Source: Macrostomum hystrix
Taxonomy: Eukaryota; Animalia; Platyhelminthes
Length of the DNA stretch: 64,000 bases
Assembly: GCA_950097015.1 (NCBI GenBank)
Contig: CATNEN010000001.1
Span: forward strand, 1,550,001 to 1,614,000
Direction of reading: 5' to 3'
In this document: one piece after another, positions 9,663 through 22,400 of the stretch
Numbering within the stretch: position 1 is the first letter of the stretch
How the letters are laid out: every line of letters begins with the position of its first letter
Program-made: the position numbers and the translations under genes
Notes under the pieces: model-generated
What the model saw: only the letters and a program-made list of their open reading frames with translations
What the model was told of the DNA's origin: nothing
Databases searched by the model: none

Positions 9663-12600
9663 ATGAACCTGCAAGATAATGCGACTGCCAGTTCACAACA
9701 GTCGCCAGCCAATCCTGAACCAATGGAAGTGGCTCAACTAGCTATTGATATTGACAACGGTCAGGAAAGCCTATCAGACGATGATAATAACAGCCTAGAT
9801 GAGGAGGCTGTGCTAGTCTGGCGGGCTGATAATGTCGGAGCTGGCGCTTTTGGTGGCAATATTGCTGCCGCTGGCGATTTGGGCGACTGCCAACATCAGC
9901 AGAACCAGCTCGGACCGGAGTCGGGACAATCAGGAGCTGGGTCAGGTTAGTGGCTGATGCTCAGCCTGTTTATTGGCATGTTAATAATTCTAACAGGACC
10001 TATCTCTCTCTCTCTCTCTGGTAGCATATTTGACATTAAGGACTGTCACAAAAAGGGCCGTTTTACTACATTTTCTCCACGCTTCTATTGCATGGGTAGC
10101 GCTTCACTCGACACGAGCGGTTTTCTCTCTAAAAGCTTTCTGATTTCTCACCCAAGTCCATAAGGCACACCCTGAACTGGAGGTTCACAGCCGCAGCTAA
10201 CAGTAAACTCGCAGCCATCGAGGAGGCAATGCTGCCAATGTCCCTGATCCCTGACATCACAGCACTATTTGACTTTCTCATTGTCAGGCAGTGTACAATC
10301 TTCTCGATAATTCTTCTCTCTACAGCTGCGTCCCAAATTTATATGGCTTCCCCAGTAAAAGTCTTCGTAATTTCCGACCCTAAGCTGCGATTCGAACTCC
10401 TGACCTTACAGTCATAAGTCCGTAGCTTTAAAAACTATTCTACTAGCTGCATTGAAGGGATAAAATCCTACTAGTTGATTCAACTCGCACATTTTCAGCT
10501 GCTCTGACTGGGGACGCCGTCCAATTGGCATTAATTGCAGCGTTTCCGCCTGTGTTGGGAGCAGCCGCAGCAGCCGCAGCGCCAATGGAAGCTATGGGCG
10601 ATTTTATTGACATCGACGTCAATGGCGCCGACTTCGACGCCGAAGAAGCCGACGGTGCCTCAGCCTCGAATCCTAATGGGAATCGAAATCAGCTGAGGAA
10701 TAACAATGCCCATAGCAACGGTATCCTAGGTGACAATCATGAGGAGCGTGCCGACTCATCGGATGAGAATGATAATGCCGGCGGTGCAACTGGCGCGGCT
10801 GGAGGTGAGATATCTGTGCTTCGATTGTTGGCTAAACAGTGGATTCAGTAGATTATAAATACGCTAACAGGCATATGCATTTTATCTCGAATTTGTCATT
10901 GTGGGCGGGGATTGTTGTTCAACAAAGCCTGAGGCACGTGGGGATTTTTTCAAACAAGGATTTAGGTTCGGCTGAATTTGTTGCTAAACAAAGACTTAGT
11001 TAAGAGGGATAATTGTTAAACAAAGAGTTTGGTAAAATGGGATTATTTTTGAACAAAGACTTGGGTGAAAGGGGATAGTTGTTAAACAATGACTACGGTG
11101 ATAAAGGATTATTTAAAAAAACTGAAGAGAGAGGTGATTATTATTAACAAAGACTAGCGCGGCTAAAATATTGCTGTAAATAGGATGAAAATAAAAAAAA
11201 ATTCGATAAAATAAGTTATAAATCAACAAAATTTAAAATTTTCTCATTCCTTCAGCCATGGTATACGATCGATATTCATCCGATCACCTGCCGATGGCCA
11301 TGGCATTATCAGCCGCAGCCGCTGCGGCAGCCGCCTCCGCCGCCTCCGCCGCCTCCGCCGCCGCCGCTGCAGCCGCCGCAGCCGCAGCAGTCTCTGTCAC
11401 GGCGTCGTCACCTTCTGCTGCTATGCAGCCCAACACTTGGCCAGACGAATTGTTGAACGATCTCAGCAGTGACGCCTCATCAATGCCCCCCCTTCATCTG
11501 CCGTCCTCCCAGCCTCAATTAGCCATCTTGTCTATCAACAATTTAAGCGCCGATTCTTCTAGTCCTGCAGCTATTTCGAATGCAGCGCATGCTACTACTA
11601 GTATTTGCGCGCATACTACTTCAAAGCTTAGCCAGGCGTCTAAAAAACAGCAGACTGTAGAATTGCATCGTAGGCGCAATCCGGAGGATCAAGAAGACGA
11701 TAATAAATCTGATCAATGCTGGCTATGGACTCAATCTGAGGCTCAATACGTTGAGCTGCAGTTGCTAGGCGGCGGCGGCAGATTGGGGCCGAGTTCTTGC
11801 GGTCCGGCTGCGCTATTGTTCACTTTAAAAGCTTTGGGTATCAATGCTGATCCTGGTGAATTATCGGCCACTGTGCCAGCGTCAATCAGAGTTCAGAATG
11901 CCGGATTGACTGCTTATTTATTGTCCAGAGCCCGAGCTGGCACCACCGCGCATGAGCTCATCGATGGTGTGCTCAAGTTCACCAATGGGCGAGTTCGCGG
12001 CCGATTCTTTGCCTGCTATCCGCGCCGTAGAACGCCTGGTGAGATTTGGCGCCTCCTTTGGCGCTTAGATGGGTAATCATCGATTGCATGAAAGATGGGT
12101 AATGACCGACTGCATGAAAGATGGGTAATGACCGACTGCATGAAAGATGGGTAATGACCGACTGCATGAAAGATGGGTAATGACCGACTGCATGAAAGAT
12201 GGGTAATCACCGACTGCATGAAAGATGGGTTATGACTGACTGACTGCATGAAAGATGGGTAATGACCGACTGCATGAAAGATGGGTAATCACCGACTGCA
12301 TGAAAGATGGGTAATCACCGACTGCATGAAAGGATCGGTAATGACTGACTGCATGAAAGATGGGTAATGACATGCTAGAGAGAGGTGAAAAGTACTTAAC
12401 AACAGAGGCAAGAAAATTATCCACTACTAGAGAAACTGGGTAATCACAGTTTTTCTTGAAGACAATAGTGCTCAAGATTGTACTCAAACTAGTGTGCTCA
12501 CTCAATTTCATTTGCCTAGGAAAGCACGGCTGGTATCGCTGGCTAGCCAGCTGGATGAGTCGAGGCGCCGTTCCCATAGTAACGCTAAACCCTCAAGTGC

Positions 12601-15203
12601 TAGGTTGCTTAGCTGCTACTTTAGTCAACAACAAGACTGTCAGTGCCGGAGCTGTATCAGCTGTCCTAGCCGGGTCGTCTAGTAATCATTGTGGACGAGT
12701 TGTTGCCGACGCCTGGCATCATCAGATGGTTCACGGCGTCACTAGGGAAGGTAAACACATTTCATCGACTATTCAAATTCAAAGTAACAGTTGGACTCCC
12801 GCAAAAAATAGGGATGTTTCTTTGGGTGATTCCAGTTGGAATCTGCGGTGTTTCCAGAAAAAGAAACAGCCGAACGCTGAAAGCATACCAATCGGATGAT
12901 TCCATGCTTAGAATCTACCCAACTGGGCGTTTTCTCGGTGCTTCTTGGTGGCGAAATGGAATCACCCAAAGAATCCTCCAGTTCGGAAGATTCCATGCTC
13001 AGAAACCGCCGAGGAAACGCCCGTAAATAATTCTCTGGTTGTCCCATAAGCCACTGGTTCGGGTGATTCTTCGGCGGTTTCCGCACAATTTACGGTTACA
13101 TCGGCTGCTTCCTGGGTGGTTTCTTTAACTCTTGCGAGATAGGGGGATTTTGGTAGATTCCACTCCTATTTTGCACAAAAAACCGGCCGAAGAAGCAGCC
13201 GAATTTTTACAGGGCTACCAAGCCATTTTGCCGCCCGTTTTTACACCATTGGTTTTTTGGCAGCGCCTGAATGCTAACAGCGTTGAGTGATGACTGATTG
13301 GTTGACAGACTAGACGATGGTGTCCTATGGTTGAGCTGCACCTTGTATTTAGGCTTGATCAGTTAAATTGGAGAAATTCCCGTCAGGGTGTCCAAAGTGG
13401 TCTACTTCCACCTGTTGTACCCCTTGAAGGTCCAGCAAATCCGTCTAGATAAAGGTAGTTGACCACCGAAGACAGAGATGACGCAGGCACATTCGGGTGA
13501 CATGCCGATGAATTTTGAAGGTCTTGCAAGGCCGCACTGAGGCGCAGTGCTAATTCGTGTATAGGTGCATGAAATACACTGGCGCTTATGGGAAAAATCC
13601 GACCTTCGGCCAGAACCATTGAATATCCCGACGGTCTGAAGAGCTGGCGACTTGATTATTGTTTCAGAAGACGCGCAACAAAAAGTTGGCCCGTGTTTTT
13701 GAATTTCGTGTGCTTGCGTTGCTCCGTTCGGGTGCAGCGAAAATTGTCAGTGGCGAATTTTCCCCTCCAAGATAGTCCACTGTTATAAGCGATTTCTATC
13801 ATCCAAGTTTCTTTAATTACAATCCTCAGGCGCCTACCTGACAAATCCACTCGGCCTAGTGCCATGGCCAAGTTTGTGCAGTCAGCTGTGCAGCGACTCC
13901 GTGCTTTTAGTGCGAAAGGCTGACGTTTGCAAACTTTGGAATCCAAGCGAAGATCTGGCACCTTTGGCTACCCAGCCCGATCCCAGGTGGGCGTCTATGA
14001 ATGTACTCGGACAGGTGAGTCATTATATTTATACCACTTTTTTAACTCTCATTTTTTATCCAAATGTGACCTGGTGTCACCATCTCACTACAAGTTGTGA
14101 CCGTCTCACTACAAGTTGTGACGTCTCACTCCAAGTTGTGACCGTCTCACTACAAGTTGTGACCGTCTCACTACAAGTTGTGACCGTCTCACTACAAGTT
14201 GTGACCGTCTCACTCCAAGTTGTGACCGTCTCACTACAAGTTGTGACCGTCTCACTACAAGTTGTGTCCGTCTCACTCCAAGTTGTGACCGTCTCACTCC
14301 AAGTTGTGACCGTCTCACTCCAAGTTGTGACCGTCTCACTCCAAGTTGTGACCGTCTCACTACAAGTTGTGACCGTCTCACTCCAAGTTGTGACCGTCTC
14401 ACTACAAGTTGTGACCGTCTCACTACAAGTTGTGACCGTCTCACTCCAAGGTGTGACCGTCTCACTCCAAGTTGTGACCGTCTCACTCCAAGTTTTGACC
14501 GTCTCACTCCAAGGTGTGACCGTCTCACTCCAAGGTGTGACCGTCTCACTACAAGTTGTGACGTCTCACTACAAGTTGTGACCGTCTCACTACAAGTTGT
14601 GACCGTCTCACTCCAAGGTGTGACCGTCTCACTCCAAGGTGTGACCGTCTCACTCCAAGGTGTCACCGTCTCACTCACTGCAAGGTGTGACCAACTCACT
14701 CACTCCAAGGTGTCACCGTCTCACTCCAAGGTGTCACCGTCTCACTCCAAGGTGTCACCGTCTCACTCCAAGGTGTCACCATCTCACTCACTCCAAGTTG
14801 TGACCGTCTCACTCCAAGGTGTCACCGTCTCACTCCAAGGTGTGACCGTCTCACTCACTCCAAGGTGTGACCGTCTCACTCACTCCAAGGTGTGACCGTC
14901 TCACTCCAAGGTGTGACCAACTCACTCACTCCAAGGTGTCAACATCTCACTCTAAATCAGAAGTGTGCTCACGCCATTCAGGTTGTGTGCCTACTCCGCG
15001 AATCTCAGCACCACGAGTTCGATGGTTTCCGTCCAAAATGTGCTCATCATATTCGTTTGCCGGCCGCTTACCAATCCGGCGTCAGTCTGTTTGCCACGGA
15101 GCCAGGCCTCTGCAAACTGCTAGCCGAAGCTGATGACCTGCCATTGGCTGGCGACAGTGATGACGATGATGAGGAAGTTGACGATGGCGCCGACGTATGC
15201 TAG
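9663..15203 (+). CDS. Uncharacterised protein with low-complexity N-terminus and putative papain/peptidase-C39-like domain, ~669 aa; exons 9663-9945, 10499-10804, 11256-12038, 12520-12750, 13830-14014, 14982-15203
   Basis: All junctions are GT-AG with compatible phases (1,1,1,1,0); total 2010 nt. Globular part: Q..GPSSCGPAAL, YLLSRARAGTT, RFF..YP, WLASWMSRGAVPIVTLN, DAWHHQMVHGV, AYLTNP, LCSDSVLLVR, PAAYQSGVSLF. The first two exons are less certain. Confidence 0.75.
10211..10270. repeat. Dispersed repeat fragment (also at 63960-64000)
   Basis: GCAGCCATCGAGGAGGCAATGCTGCC vs GCAGCCAGCGAGGAGGCAATTCTGCC. Confidence 0.6.
12068..12370. repeat. 26-bp intronic minisatellite (GATGGGTAATGACCGACTGCATGAAA)n
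   Basis: About 11 tandem copies in intron 3 of the peptidase-like gene. Confidence 0.95.
14082..14950. repeat. 21-bp intronic minisatellite (CCGTCTCACTMCAAGKTGTGA)n
   Basis: About 40 copies filling intron 5; the source of the spurious (VVTVSLQ)n ORFs. Confidence 0.95.
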
Positions 15204-16011
15204 TTGCATGTCCATCTTAAACACAGTGTTTTTTATATAAGGCCAACATACTACTCATTATGTTGGGGCTGAGTAGGCGCCTAAGGTTTTTTACATATTT
15301 CGTACTAACGAAGATCAGTCAGCTGAGTAAACGATTATTAACTGTCTTTCTGTTCAGAATGTTTAGACAGCTCTGCGTGCGCATGTTATTACCCGTGTAT
15401 AGTAAAATTTGATAGCTGTGTAAATATTAATTACGTAGTTTATGTACATAATATTCAGAGCTGAAGGTCACGTAAGATACTTATTAGATACCATCCTCAA
15501 GTCTTTGTCTTTTTAACTACTTGTCTACTCGTAGTACCCGCATGCAATACAGAAATTATGTTTTTTTACATAGAAATTCATAGTTACAAGCGTATTTCCT
15601 GTGCAAAGATTTCAGTCCTTGTCATATAAGTAGTTGCAATACATGCTTGTTGGTTTGAGTTCAATTAATAAAAACACGAAGATTTTTTACAGTAAAAATC
15701 GTCTTAAAAATCAATGTTTATTAGTTATTTACAAAATACTCTACTTTTAATAGGAATTGCAGGAAAATTATAAATTGATGTTTACAGTGTACGGAAAGAA
15801 CGTACAGTTAAGATAGGATTATCATTTTTCTAATTTTATCAAGTCTGTAAGCTTATTCTCATCAATAAAAATATTATGAATCCTCTACTTTAAGTAGCAA
15901 GTAATTTAATCATTTTTGCTACTGTAAGTAGAAAGTTAGTATGTGAAGGTTTATTTGCATTTTTCTCAGATTTCAGCCATACATTTATTTGTTGAACCCA
16001 AGCGCATCGGC

Positions 16012-17828
16012 ATGAAAGCGACAACAAAGCCTGTCAAGACGGCCACCAGGGGTCAGAAACAGATAGCGGAAGAGAATGTCACCACTTTGCAATTCTATCT
16101 TAGAGTTATTATGGCAGTGAACGCTCTGGCGTTGCCCTGCACCCTATTGTTCTGGAGCTCAGTGTCCGGCTGGCATCTGGCACTGACCTTAATCTGCGAA
16201 GCTATTCTAGGCGGCATCTACAAGATCATGTCCAGCATGTCCGCTGCTAGTTATTCGCCAACAGGTCAACTACTGGACGCTGGGCAGGATCTCAATATGG
16301 AGCAGGGCATGGCTGAACACTTTAAGGTTGGTTGCTTTAATGGCTGCTGGTTATGGCTCCATGGTGAGATTTGTTAGATGTTTATGGCTTTCTGGGTGGG
16401 ATTTTTAGGGATCATTACTCTCTAAATAGGATTTTAAGGGATCATTACTCTCTAAATGGGATTTTTTGGGATCATTACTCTCTAAATAGGATTTTAAGGG
16501 ATCATTACTCTCTAAATGGGATTTTTAGGGATCATTACTCTCTAAATGGGATTTTTATGGGTTATTACTCTCTAAATGGAATTTTTAGGGATCATTACTC
16601 TCTAAATGGAATTTTTAGGGATCATTACTCTCTAAATGGGATTTTTAGGATCATTACTCTCTAAATAGGATTTTAAGGGATCATTACTCTCTAAATGGGA
16701 TTTTTAGGATCATTACTCTCTAAATGGGATTTTTAGGATGATTACCCTCTAAATGGGATTTTAAGGGATCATTACTCTCTAAATAGGATTTTAAGGGATC
16801 ATTACTCTCTAAATAGGATTTTAAGGGATCATTACTCTCTAAATGGGATTTTAGGGATCATTACTCTCTAAATAGGATTTTAAGGGATCATTACTCTCTA
16901 AATGGGATTTTAGGGATCATTACTCTCTAAATGGGATTTTTAGGGATCATTACTCTCTAAATGGGATTTTAAGGGATCATTACTCTCTAAATAGGATTTT
17001 AAGGGATCATTACTCTCTAAATGGGATTTTAGGGATCATTAATCTCTAAATAGGATTTTAAGGGATCATTACTCTCTAAATGGGATTTTAGGGATCATTA
17101 CTCTCTAAATGGAATTTTTAGGATCATTACTCTCTAAATGGGATTTTTAGGGATCATTACTCTCTAAATGGAATTTTTAGGGATCATTACTCTCTAAATG
17201 GGATTTTAGGGATCATTAATCTCTAAATAGGATTTTAAGGGATCATTACTCTCTAAATGGGATTTTAGGGATCATTACTCTCTAAATGGAATTTTTAGGA
17301 TCATTACTCTCTAAATGGGATTTTTAGGGATCATTACTCTCTAAATGGAATTTTTAGGGACTATTACTCTCGAGATTGGATTTTTAGGGATCAAGACTCA
17401 CTGGATAGGATTTTTACGGATCACGACTCTCGGGTTTGGATTTGTAGGGATCACGATGAGATTATTTGGGATCACGACTCTCTGGATAGGATTTCTAGGG
17501 ATCACGACTCTCTGGATGGGATTTTTAGGGATCCTTAGTGCCTGGGTTTTAAGAAATTGTTAATTTTATTATTTAGAGCAGTAATCGGCAATCATTTCGC
17601 ATTCCTCAGGATGTGATGCTGTGGACAGCAGGTACACTAGGCCTAGCCCAGCTGCACACCTATTTCTTCTGCCTACTGTTAGTAGTGCCCATCCGCCTGC
17701 TGCACCTGTTGTGGGTCAACCTGCTCGGCCCGTGGTTCTTCGCCCCGGCCCCAGAAGAGACCGAAGCCGACGCTAAGAAGCTAAAGAAGCAGGAGAGGCG
17801 CATGAATAGGGCCAAGATTGTGCGGTGA
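16012..17828 (+). CDS. TMEM208: Transmembrane protein 208 (hSnd2), ~177 aa; exons 16012-16326, 17610-17828
   Basis: TRGQKQIAEENVTTLQFYLRV, GQLLDAGQDLNMEQGMAEHFK|DV, LLWVNLLGPWFF, KKQERR are TMEM208 hallmarks; phase-0 GT-AG intron. Confidence 0.95.
16398..17530. repeat. ~30-bp intronic minisatellite (GGGATTTTTAGGGATCATTACTCTCTAAAT)n
   Basis: More than 30 tandem copies filling the TMEM208 intron, degenerating at the 3' edge. Confidence 0.95.
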
Positions 17829-17971
17829 ACTGCGCTGCTAATTCACCTAGTAAAGGACGCTAATCGATATTCCAGTTTGCTGGCTTTAATTTGTTGGCTT
17901 CTAAGGCTGTGCGCTGCCGGTTGTAGTCTAAATACTCTTGTCCCATCTTTTTCTGTCTTGGTCTTGCTTAT

Positions 17972-18260
17972 TTGTCTGTCTGTCTGTCTAGGTGTCTGTC
18001 TGCCTGTTCTGAGTGTCTGTCTGTCTGGGTGTCTGTCTGCCTGTTATGAGTGTCTGTCTGCCTGTTCTGAGTGTCTGTCTGCCTGTTATGAGTGTCTGTC
18101 TGCCTGTTATGTGTGTCTCTCTGTCTGTCTGCCTGTTCTGAGTGTCTGTCTGTCTGTCTGGGTGTCTGTCTGCCTGTTCTGAGTGTCTCTCTGTCTGTCT
18201 GTTCTGGGTGTCTTCTGTCTTTCTATCTGTCTGTCTGTCTGTCCTGGGTGTCTGTCTGCC
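17972..18260. repeat. (TGTC)n-based compound microsatellite downstream of the TMEM208 stop
   Basis: TGTCTGTCTGCCTGTTCTGAG-type units. Confidence 0.9.
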
Positions 18261-18754
18261 AGTCAGTTGATTTCTTACCTGTATCAATTCTTCTCTCTGT
18301 CACCCGCTTTAATCCCTTGTGTCTCTAGTCTTAAATACTTTAAGGACGGCTTAAGGACTGGTAAATGTTTAGCTTTATATTTTTGGACACTTTCCATTGA
18401 TATTGATTATTTGAGAAACAAACTTATTTAAATATATGTTTGCCATGCTTGTTAGGTAAGCCAATATATATAAAAATTAGCTGTACTCTGCTACCTTATA
18501 TAAAACTATCTCGCTATTGTTTTGCCTTAATCCTATAATTAATCATCTGTACTTCCTTTAGTAATTGTATTCTTATCTACGGTAAAACATATAAACATTA
18601 TCTTGTAACTTGCGTTTTATTTGCGTAAACCATTTTTTGACATGTTGTGTTCTCAATGACGATTAAAGATATGATTGCTTGAGAAGTCCTGATCTACCTA
18701 TCTATAAACTTTGATTAAGCAATCTCGTTGTAATATTTTTTCAGTTTTTACCAC

Positions 18755-19335
18755 CGACTCTACTCTCTCTAGTCTACCTCTGACTCTACTCTCCCTACTC
18801 TACCTACTGACTCTACTCTCCCTAGTCTACCTCCGACTCTACTCTCCCTACTCTACCACTGGCTCTACTCTCCCTAGTCTACCTCTGACTCTACTCTCCC
18901 TAGTCTACCTCCGACTCTACTCTCCCTACTCTACAACTGGCTCTACTCTCCCTAGTATACGTCTGACTCTACTCTTCCTAGTCTTCCTCTGACTTTACTC
19001 TCTCTAGTCTACCACTGACTCTACTTTCCCTAGTCTACCTCCGACTCTACTCTCCCTAGTCTACCTCCGACTCTACTCTCTCTAGTCTACCACTGGCTCT
19101 ACTCTCCCTAGTCTACCTCTGACTCTACTCTCCCTAGTCTACCTCCGACTCTACTCTCCCTACTCTACAACTGGCTCTACTCTCCCTAGTATACGTCTGA
19201 CTCTACTCTTCCTAGTCTTCCTCTGACTTTACTCTCTCTAGTCTACCACTGACTCTACTTTCCCTAGTCTACCTCCGACTCTACTCTCCCTAGTCTACCT
19301 CCGACTCTACTCTCTCTAGTCTACCACTGACTCTA
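18755..19335. repeat. 26-bp minisatellite (CTCTACTCTCCCTAGTCTACCTCCGA)n
   Basis: Tandem copies with an internal block duplication (variant GTATACGTCTGA occurs twice). Confidence 0.9.
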
Positions 19336-19423
19336 CTCGCGTTTTTACAAATAAATATGGCGATTAAAAACAAAAAAATGTTTATGCCTATGCCTATATA
19401 AGTTTCAGTAACAACTCATAAGA

Positions 19424-22400
19424 ATGAATTTCTACGTGAAGCAGCAGCAGCACCAGCTGTTGCATATTCCCTATCAAGCATCCCAGTTTACTGATGATCA
19501 AATGCAAGTGGACAATGACAATCAGCTGACAGCAATGTGGGCACTGGCTTCCTGGAATATCCAATGCGAACTATTAGAAACCGGTTTCAATCGGTTCTGG
19601 AGTCGCTTTAGCCAGCCGGCTCCTAATTGCGCCGACAATGCCGAACTCGAACCCGCAGCCTCTGTGTCGGTTATGCGGACTTTCGCTGCCGCATTCCAGT
19701 GCTTGCTGGACTGCATTCTTAGACACTGTCCTCGCGCTGACTTGCCTCTGCCGACGGCACTGCTGCGCGGCATAAGACGGCTGCTGTTCGCTCCTCAGAG
19801 GGTGAGTTATAGCGACTGGAGGATCGCTTGTTTCTGGGAATGTTGGGATGTGATGGATTGCTAGTCTATTCCGTGGATTAAAGGACATATATGATTGCTA
19901 GTCTATTCCATTGATAAAATAACAGAATGGATTGCTAGTCTATTCCATGGATGTAAGAACAGAATGGATTGCTAGTCTATTCCATGGATGTAAGAACAGA
20001 ATGGATTGCTAGTCTATTCCATGGATGTAAGAACAGAATGGATTGCTAGTCTATTCCATGGATGTAAGACATTGGATTGCTAGTCTATTCCATGGATTAA
20101 AGAACATATTGGATTACTACTCTATTCCATGGATGTAGAACATATTGGATTGCTAGTCTATCTGAATACCGATCAGTCTAACGGGTTTTACTAGAAGTGC
20201 ATAAACCCAACAAGCCGCCCACGCACGCCCGTCTCCAGCTCATCAACCTTGAGCAAACTCGCGTCAACTTTTCCACCTACGTGGCCCACTACTTGGATCT
20301 GACATTCGTTGAACAGCAGCCATCAGACAGCGATGAAAATTACAATGACGAAGCCGCGGAGACTCGACAAGAGGCCCGTGTCATCGCCGATCAGTGCAGC
20401 CGGCTTTTAGACAAGCTGCAGCTTCGCAAACGCATCCTAGCTGATCACAAGTCAGCCTTCATTCGTCGCAGTCTGGCACTGTTCATCAGCAGGCGATGCG
20501 GCCAGGACTTCTCGGAGAGTCACCTGGCCAGCGTGCTAGAATTTCATCGCCGTCTAGAGGACCGTTTGAATGCGGAATTCGGTCACAAGTCGGTATCTAT
20601 CAGAAAGCAGCCCCTTAGCAACCGGCTGGCATTGTCCAATACCAATGTGCTGCCCTATCTTGTGTTTGGCGAGACTAGAATTCGCCAGCTATTCTCAATG
20701 ACCATAGACTATCCGGACTCCGAGTGCGGCCTGAAAGATTTGGCCGTCTGTTTGGAACGCTTGCCAACTCTGCGATCGAAAATGGTTCGAATCCTGCGGG
20801 CGGACGTTGAGCAGCGGCTGCTGCATCCCGGCGTAGCCACGCCTGATATCCTCAGCGCCTACATTGGCGCCGTCAGGTCGTTGAGGATTCTAGATCCGTC
20901 TGGCGTCTCGCAGGAGCTGGCGTTAGGTTCGGTGAGTTCAAGGGGTAAAAATCTAATCTGAAATCCTTTAAAAAAACCTTAATCTCTCTGATAAATTATA
21001 CAAAGATGTCAGATCCCCGACTAAAACTCCCTGCATAGCCATGATCCCTTGCTAGAGTACCCGCTAACAACCTCAATATCTACCTAGAATCCCCAATAAA
21101 TCCCAGATCCCATATCTTTAATCACCAATAAATCCTACATCCCATAGCTATAATCAACAATAAATCCCAGATCCCATAACTAGAATCCCCGATAAATCCC
21201 AGGTCCCATAGCTAGAATCACCAATAAATCCCAGATCCCATAGCTAGAATCAACTATAAATCCCAGATCGCATAGCTAGAATCACCAATAAATCCCAGAT
21301 CCCATAACTACAATCACCAATAAATCCCAGATCTCATAGCTAGAATCACCAATAAATCCCAGATCCCATAGCTAGAATCAACTATAAATCCCAGATCGCA
21401 TAGCTAGCTCCCCAATAAATCCCAGATCCCATAACTATAATCAACAATAAATCCCAGATCGCATAGCTAGAATCCCAAATAAATCCCAGATCCAATTGCT
21501 AGAATCACCTATATATCCCGGATCCCATTGCTAGAATCCCAAATAAATCCCAGATCCCATTGCTAGAATCCCCAATAAATTCCAGATCGCATAGCTAGAA
21601 TCACCAATAAATCCCAGATCCCATATCTTTAATCACCAATAAATACTACATCCCATAGCTATAATCAACAATAAATCCCAGATCCCATAACTATAATCAC
21701 CAATAAATCCCAGATCGCATAGCTGCAATCACCAATAAATCCCAGGTCCCATAGCTAGAATCACCAATAAATCCCAGATCCCATAGCTAGAATCAACTAT
21801 AAATCCCAGATCGCATAGCTAGAATCACCAATAAATCCCAGATCCCATAACTATAATCAACAATAAATCCCAGATCCCATAACTATTATCACCAATAAAT
21901 CCCAGATCGCATAGCTTGAATCCCAAATAAATCCCAGATCCAATTGCTAGAATCACCAATATATCCCGGATCCCATTTCTAGAATCCCAAATAAATCCCA
22001 GATCCCATTGCTAGAATCAACAATAAATCCCAGATCCCATAACTATAATCACCAATAAATCCCAGATCGCATAGCTGCAATCACCAATAAATCCCAGGTC
22101 CCATAGCTAGAATCACCAATAAATCCCAGATCCCATAGCTAGAATCAACTATAAATCCCAGATCGCATAGCTAGAATCACCAATAAATCCCAAATCCCAT
22201 AACTATAATCAACAATAAATCCCAGATCCCATAACTATTATCACCAATAAATCCCAGATCGCATAGCTGGAATCCCAAATAAATCCCAGATCCAATTGCT
22301 AGAATCACCAATATATCCCGGATCCCATTTCTAGAACCCCAAATAAATCCCAGATCCCATTGCTAGAATCACCAATAAATCCCAGATCCCATTGCTAGAA

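Noticed and set aside
12068-12076. Donor at GG|GTAATC (12073) for the peptidase-like gene
   Set aside because: Gives phase 2 and a premature stop in the next exon; the phase-1 donor at 12039 keeps the conserved frame.
14015-14895. Long (VVTVSLQ)n and antisense ORFs
   Set aside because: Products of a 21-bp intronic repeat; a strong donor CAG|GTGAGT at 14014 removes it.
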